Origin: Chloroflexota bacterium
GTDB taxonomy: Bacteria > Chloroflexota > Dormibacteria > CF-121
Reading direction: 5' to 3'
Length of the DNA stretch: 64,000 nucleotides
NCBI GenBank assembly: GCA_034666565.1
Contig: JAXDLN010000119.1
Coordinates: 204,162 to 268,161 of the forward strand
Below, in pieces: positions 59,082 through 64,000 of the stretch (within the stretch, counting starts at the first letter, position 1; every line of letters starts with the position of its first letter). The notes beneath the pieces were generated by a model, which was not told the origin of the DNA, did no database searches, and was given only the letters and a program-made list of their open reading frames with translations. A program made the translations under genes and the position numbers.

Positions 59082-60433
59082 CGATGCAGCTCCGCGAGCA
59101 CGGTCGCCTTGAAGCGTCGCCCCCGGTCCTCGTAGTCGCGGAACATGTCGTAGCTGGTGAAGGCGGGCGAGAGCAGCACCACCGAGCCCGGTGGCGCCAG
59201 CGCCGCCGCCTTGCGCACCGCATCCTGAAGGTCCGCGGCGCGTTCGACACGCGTCAGCCCGGCATCGCGGGTGCGACGGGCCAGCTCCTCGCCGGTCTCC
59301 CCCATCGCCACCAGCGCCACCACCCGATGCGCGATGGCCTGCGCGAGTGGCTCGATGTCGATCCCCTTGTTACGGCCGCCGGCGATCAAGACGATCGGCT
59401 CGTTGAACGCCGCCAGGGCTTTATAGGTGGAATCGGGGTTGGTCGCTTTCGAGTCGTTGTACCAGCGAACCCCGTTGAAGGTACCGATCGGCTCGAGACG
59501 GTGCTCGACCGCCTTGAATTGCCGGACCGCGTCGGCCATCCGTTCGACGTCGACGCCGGCGGCATGGCCGGCGCCGATGGCGGCCATCACGTTACTGAGG
59601 TTGTGTTCGCCCGGGAGCGGCACGTCGGCGATGGGCATCACGCGCCGGCGGCCGCCCGCGTCCGCGATCGTGACCCACTCGTCGCTGACCGTGATGCCTC
59701 GATCGACCGGCTGTCTGATCCCAAAACCGATGACGTTGCCCTGGGTCTGTGACCGCATGGCGGCGCAGGTGGGGTCGTCGAGATTCAGCACCGCGTGGTC
59801 GCCCTGCTGCATGAAGCTCACCGCCCGCGCCTTGATGTCCCGATAACGCTCAAACGACTTGTGTCGATCGAGATGGTCGGGGGTCACGTTGAGCACCACA
59901 CCGATATGAAGCCGCGGTCGCATAATCGATTCCAGCTGAAAGCTGGACAATTCCAGCACCACCCAGTCGTCCGGCTGCAGCTGATCGATGCGATCGAGCA
60001 CGGGCTCGCCGATGTTGCCGCCGCGCATCACGCGCAGGCCGCCGGCCCGCAGCACCTCGGCGGTGAGTGCCGTGGTTGTTGTCTTGCCATTGGTCCCGGT
60101 GATGCCGGCGATCCGGCTGCGACAGGCCCTGAAAAACAAATCGATCTCGCTCGTCACCTCGATGCCACGCCGGCGCGCGGTCTCGAGCAGCGGCTCGTCC
60201 CAGGCCACCCCGGGGCTGACGACGAGGAGGTCGGTGGCATTCAGGTCGTCGGCGCCGTAGCCGCCGAGTCGCGCCGGGATCCCGGCCCTGGCCAGCTCCG
60301 CGCGCAGCTCCGGCGTGTCGGCGCGGTCCACGACGCGCACCGATCCGCCGCGTTGCGCGATGAAGGACGCCGCCGCGCGGCCACTGCGCCCGTAGCCAAC
60401 GACGAGCGCGTGCCGGCCACGCGTTTCGATCAC
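59078..60433 (-). CDS. murD: UDP-N-acetylmuramoylalanine--D-glutamate ligase
   Basis: HALVVGYGRSGRAAASFI Rossmann start and Mur ligase central/C domains. Start placed near the mraY stop; the track ORF extends to 60526. Confidence 0.88.
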   Translation of the reverse strand: MIETRGRHALVVGYGRSGRAAASFIAQRGGSVRVVDRADTPELRAELARAGIPARLGGYGADDLNATDLLVVSPGVAWDEPLLETARRRGIEVTSEIDLFFRACRSRIAGITGTNGKTTTTALTAEVLRAGGLRVMRGGNIGEPVLDRIDQLQPDDWVVLELSSFQLESIMRPRLHIGVVLNVTPDHLDRHKSFERYRDIKARAVSFMQQGDHAVLNLDDPTCAAMRSQTQGNVIGFGIRQPVDRGITVSDEWVTIADAGGRRRVMPIADVPLPGEHNLSNVMAAIGAGHAAGVDVERMADAVRQFKAVEHRLEPIGTFNGVRWYNDSKATNPDSTYKALAAFNEPIVLIAGGRNKGIDIEPLAQAIAHRVVALVAMGETGEELARRTRDAGLTRVERAADLQDAVRKAAALAPPGSVVLLSPAFTSYDMFRDYEDRGRRFKATVLAELHR

Positions 60434-61383
60434 GCCGCGGGTCCCGGCCGTGCCAGCGCCAGCGCCAGCGCCGCGGCAACCAGCGACCCGGCCCAGAAAT
60501 AGAGCGCGATCGGCATCTCGCGCCATCCCGAGACGATGAAATGGTTGTGGAGCGGCGACATGCGGATGATCCGCTTGCCGGTCATCTTGAAGCTCGCCAC
60601 CTGGGCGATCACCGAGACCGTCTCGACGACGAAGACCAGTGCCAGCAGCGGGAGATACCAGAGAAAGCCGGTGGTGATGGCGGCTGCCACCATCGCCGTC
60701 CCCAGGGCGAGGCTGCCGGTGTCACCCATGAAGATGCGCGCCGGAAAGAGGTTGTAGAAGAGGAAGCCGACGAGGCAGCCTGCCAGGATCGCCGGCATCA
60801 GCCCCACGCTCGGGTGATGCTGCAGCACTGCGACCAGGGCGAGGGCGCCGAAGCTGATGGCCCCGGCCCCGGCGGCCAGGCCGTCGCTGCCGTCCGTCAG
60901 GTTGAAGGCATTGGATCCGGCGGCGACCGCCAGTGCGGTGGCCAGGATTATCCAGCCACCCAGCGCGTGCCGGCCGTCGAAGGGAACCAGTTGCGAGGTC
61001 AGGCCCCATCGCAGCGCCAGGATGCCGAGCAGGGCGCCGGTCACGAGCTGGATGACGATCTTGTAGCGCGCTTTGAGCCCCAGGTTGCGCCCGCCACGGA
61101 TGGCGGCGAAGTCGTCGACGAAGCCCAGCGCGCCGCCCAGGCCGAGCGCGATCAGCACAAAGCCGCCCGCGGGCGAGCGGTCGGCGACCAGGTAGAGCAC
61201 AAAGGCCACGACCAGGAACACGATCCCGCCCGCGGTCGGCGTCCCCGCCTTGGCGTGGTGCGCGGCCGGACCTTCCTCGCGGATCTGCTGACCCATCCGG
61301 GCGCGCGCCAGCCGGCCGATGGCGGCCGGGATCACGAGGGCGCTGACGGCGAGGGCCGCGACAAAAACGATGAGGGGCGTCAC
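60430..61383 (-). CDS. mraY: phospho-N-acetylmuramoyl-pentapeptide transferase
   Basis: 10 TM helices, conserved DD...NxxNxxDGxDGL-type motifs (NLTDGSDGLAAG). Confidence 0.93.
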   Translation of the reverse strand: MTPLIVFVAALAVSALVIPAAIGRLARARMGQQIREEGPAAHHAKAGTPTAGGIVFLVVAFVLYLVADRSPAGGFVLIALGLGGALGFVDDFAAIRGGRNLGLKARYKIVIQLVTGALLGILALRWGLTSQLVPFDGRHALGGWIILATALAVAAGSNAFNLTDGSDGLAAGAGAISFGALALVAVLQHHPSVGLMPAILAGCLVGFLFYNLFPARIFMGDTGSLALGTAMVAAAITTGFLWYLPLLALVFVVETVSVIAQVASFKMTGKRIIRMSPLHNHFIVSGWREMPIALYFWAGSLVAAALALALARPGPAA

Positions 61384-62753
61384 GACCCCTCGCGAATCTG
61401 CTCGACAACCCGTTCCAGCCGCATGCCGCGTGAGCCTTTGACCAGCACCTGGGTCTGCGGGGTGAGCAGTGGACCGAGCGCCGCCACCACCTGGTCGGCC
61501 CCCTCGACGACGTACGCTCGCTCCTTGTCCAGGCCCGCACGTCGGGCGGACTCCACCACCCGCGGGGCGTACTCCCCTACCGCGATCACGATGTCCGCCG
61601 TCTTGCCGGCCAGCGATCCGATTTCCTCGTGCGCCCGCGCGGCATGGTCACCGAGCTCCAGCATGTCGCCCAGTACCGCCACCTTGAGCGAGCCCTTGGG
61701 CGCCAGCTCGAGAACGCGGAGCGCGGCCTGCATCGATCCGGGACTGGCGTTGTAGGAATCGTCGATCACCGTAGAGCCGTTGCGACCGGTCACGATATTC
61801 ATCCGCCTGGCGGGTGGAGTGAAGCCATGGAGCGCGGTGGCGACCGCTGGACCATCGAACTCAAACTCGAGCGCGACAGCGGCGGCGGCCAGTGCATTCG
61901 AGATGCTGTGCTGGCCCGGGAGGCGCAGATAGACCTCCGCCTTGCCGCGCGGCGTGACCAGCGTGAAGTTGCTGCCTTCGATGCCGTGCAGCCGGATCCG
62001 CTCGGCGCGCACCACGGCCTCGCTCGCCAGGCCATAGAGCGTGAAGCGTCGCGCCACCGCCGACATCGCCCGTACCCGCGGGTCGTCGCCGTTCAGCACC
62101 GCCAACCCGCCGGGGGTCAGTCCCTCGACCAGCTCACGCTTGGCGGCGGCCACCGCGTCGATCGATCCCAGGAAGCCAACGTGGGCCAGGCCGACGTTGA
62201 GCACGACCCCGATCGTAGGCGGCGCCACCCGCGCCAGTTCGCGGATTTCCCCCGCCCGCGACATCGCGTACTCGACGACCAGCGCTCGATCGCGGGGGTC
62301 CATCTGGAAGACCGTCATCGGGATGCCGGTGTAGGTATTCAGGTTGCCTTCGCTCTTGTGCACGCGCAGCCGGCGTCCGAGCACATGAGCGATCAGGTCC
62401 TTAGTCGTGGTTTTTCCGGCGCTGCCGGTGATCGCGACAATCGGCAGCGCCTGGCGGTGCAAGCGATCGGTGGTGATGTCGAACAGGGCTTGCCGGGTGT
62501 CGCTGACCACGATCACGGCCGCGTGGTCGACCGCCTGCGGCGGCCGCTCGCAGAGGATGCCGGCGGCGCCGCGCTCGATCGCCTGGGGAATGAAGCCATG
62601 GCCGTCTTGCTGCTCCCCGCGCAAGGCCACGAAGAGGCCGCCGGGCTTGACCTCACGCGAATCGGTGAACAGCGCGCTCAACGAAACGTCCTGCGAACCG
62701 CTGAGCAGGCGTCCACCCGTCGCGTCCACGACCTCCCTTACCGACATCGACAC
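61380..62753 (-). CDS. murF: UDP-N-acetylmuramoyl-tripeptide--D-alanyl-D-alanine ligase
   Basis: DSREVKPGGLFVAL, GSAGKTTTK, GNLNTYTGIPMT and DDSYNASP (MurF-specific rather than MurE DYAHTP). Confidence 0.88.
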   Translation of the reverse strand: MSMSVREVVDATGGRLLSGSQDVSLSALFTDSREVKPGGLFVALRGEQQDGHGFIPQAIERGAAGILCERPPQAVDHAAVIVVSDTRQALFDITTDRLHRQALPIVAITGSAGKTTTKDLIAHVLGRRLRVHKSEGNLNTYTGIPMTVFQMDPRDRALVVEYAMSRAGEIRELARVAPPTIGVVLNVGLAHVGFLGSIDAVAAAKRELVEGLTPGGLAVLNGDDPRVRAMSAVARRFTLYGLASEAVVRAERIRLHGIEGSNFTLVTPRGKAEVYLRLPGQHSISNALAAAAVALEFEFDGPAVATALHGFTPPARRMNIVTGRNGSTVIDDSYNASPGSMQAALRVLELAPKGSLKVAVLGDMLELGDHAARAHEEIGSLAGKTADIVIAVGEYAPRVVESARRAGLDKERAYVVEGADQVVAALGPLLTPQTQVLVKGSRGMRLERVVEQIREGS

Positions 62754-62778
62754 AGCACCCCTATTGTCGCTGGCGGTA

Positions 62779-64000
62779 TCACGGCGCGATCTGCCACTGG
62801 GTGATCAGTGCGCTGGCGACCGTCTTCCAGATCGGGGCCGCGACATAGGCGCCTTCGAAGAGCACCTTCGGCTTACGCGTGATCACGAGCATGATGAACT
62901 GCGGATGATCGGCGGGCACGAAGCCGACGAAGGAGCCGATCGTCTGGTCCTTCGCATAACTCCCGTTTTCGGGGATGCTGGCGGTCCCGGTCTTGCCCGC
63001 GATCCGGTTTTTGAAGCCATCGATCCGCGCGGCAAAGCCGGAGCCATGTTCAACCACACCGATCATCATCTGCTGCATCTGCTGCGCCGCTTTCGGACTG
63101 ATCACCTGCCGGACGACCCGTGGCTGCACCGGATGACGGGTGCCGTTGCTGTCGATCACCTGGTCGACGACGTGCGGCCAGACCAGGTTGCCGCCGGTGG
63201 CCACCACATTGACGGCGGCCAGCATCTCGATCGCGGTTGTGTCCACCCCCTGGCCGAAGGAGGCGGTGGCCAGTTCGACCGGTTTCCACTTGGCGAGGTC
63301 GCGCAGCGGCTCCGCCGTTTCGGCCGCGACGTCGATCCCGGTTGGCGCGCCGATGCCGAACTTTTGCAGGTACTGATAGAAGGGGGCCGCGCCCTCCATC
63401 TGCTGCGCCTTGATGGCGCCGACGTTGAGCGAGTTCTCCAGCACCTGGGTCATGGTGACGTTCCCATGCGCCCGGTTGTCCCAGTTGCGGATGGCCACTC
63501 CACCGACCACGGCGACGCCAGTCTCGTTGAAGCGCGTGTCGGGCGTGATGGCATGGTCGTCGAGCGCGCCGCCCAGGGTCACGACCTTCATCACCGAGCC
63601 GGGCTCGTAGAGGTTGGAGACGATTGGATCGATGAACTGTGAGGTCGGTGTCGTCGCAAACTGGTTGGCGTTATAGCTGGGCACATCGGCCCAGGCGACG
63701 ATCCGGCCGGTGGTCGGTTCCATGATGATCACCGAGCCGCTCTCCGCCTGGTACTTTTGCACACCGTCGGCGAGGGCGCGCTCGGCGACCACCTGGATGG
63801 TGCCGTCCAGAGAGAGTTGCAGCGAGGCGCCGTTCACCGGATCACGCCGTTGACGGTCGCTGAGCACGATCGGTCGGTTTGCCAGATCCTTGACGGTCGC
63901 CTCGAAGCCATCCTGGCCGTGCAGGACTTTGTCGTAGTAGCCCTCGACCCCGTAGTTGCCGACGCCCGCATCGTTGGCGAAGCCAAGGAGATTGGCGGCC
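62779..64000 (-). CDS. ftsI: penicillin-binding protein transpeptidase (FtsI-like), C-terminal ~400 aa (N-terminus beyond window end)
   Basis: Frame is open to the window edge (...LLGFANDAGVGNYGVEGYYDKVLHGQDGFEATV...). SVMK (SxxK) active site and KTGTA motif are present. Confidence 0.88.
   Translation of the reverse strand, partial: AANLLGFANDAGVGNYGVEGYYDKVLHGQDGFEATVKDLANRPIVLSDRQRRDPVNGASLQLSLDGTIQVVAERALADGVQKYQAESGSVIIMEPTTGRIVAWADVPSYNANQFATTPTSQFIDPIVSNLYEPGSVMKVVTLGGALDDHAITPDTRFNETGVAVVGGVAIRNWDNRAHGNVTMTQVLENSLNVGAIKAQQMEGAAPFYQYLQKFGIGAPTGIDVAAETAEPLRDLAKWKPVELATASFGQGVDTTAIEMLAAVNVVATGGNLVWPHVVDQVIDSNGTRHPVQPRVVRQVISPKAAQQMQQMMIGVVEHGSGFAARIDGFKNRIAGKTGTASIPENGSYAKDQTIGSFVGFVPADHPQFIMLVITRKPKVLFEGAYVAAPIWKTVASALITQWQIAP

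Overview
This is a high-GC bacterial chromosomal segment, probably from a Gram-positive-type lineage (Chloroflexota- or Actinobacteria-like), and it is almost entirely core housekeeping genes. A ~27-kb co-directional minus-strand array runs from a partial ftsI through murF-mraY-murD-ftsW-murG-murC-murB-ddl-ftsQ-sbp(DUF1290)-ftsA-ftsZ, then nrdR-pgeF-yggS-yggT-ileS-lspA-rluD, gmk-coaBC-priA-def-fmt-smpB and the tmRNA gene ssrA. Upstream lie the glyA-tsaC-prmC-prfA-DUF1385-rpmE block, an M50/radical-SAM/M23 trio, glpX, pyrG, argS, htrA, an SPFH/NfeD pair, tRNA-Thr, and clpB-dnaK. The less ordinary content is a small patch directly downstream of ssrA, where I read a three-gene HipB-HipS-HipT (HipBST-like) toxin-antitoxin operon whose promoter hexamers are bracketed by a palindrome. 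Next to it are an operon of unknown envelope proteins and a secreted phosphoesterase, and further upstream a CoA-transferase/ligase/hydratase cluster and a zinc-ribbon(TM2-like)-receiver-CPBP protease operon. Two sequence-level oddities stand out. (1) A ~40-nt C-tract/G-tract hairpin and G-quadruplex-capable repeat occurs three times: once in an intergenic spacer, once supplying the last codons and the stop of tsaC, and once as an in-frame ~12-aa insertion inside ddl. (2) Three genes (fmt, gctA-like, argS) have homology-defined N-termini that begin at CTG codons 1 nt after or overlapping the upstream stop codon, which suggests coupled non-canonical initiation. The supplied ORF track contains many spurious antisense or out-of-frame ORFs, as expected at this GC content. 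It also misses the window-edge genes and the tRNA and tmRNA.
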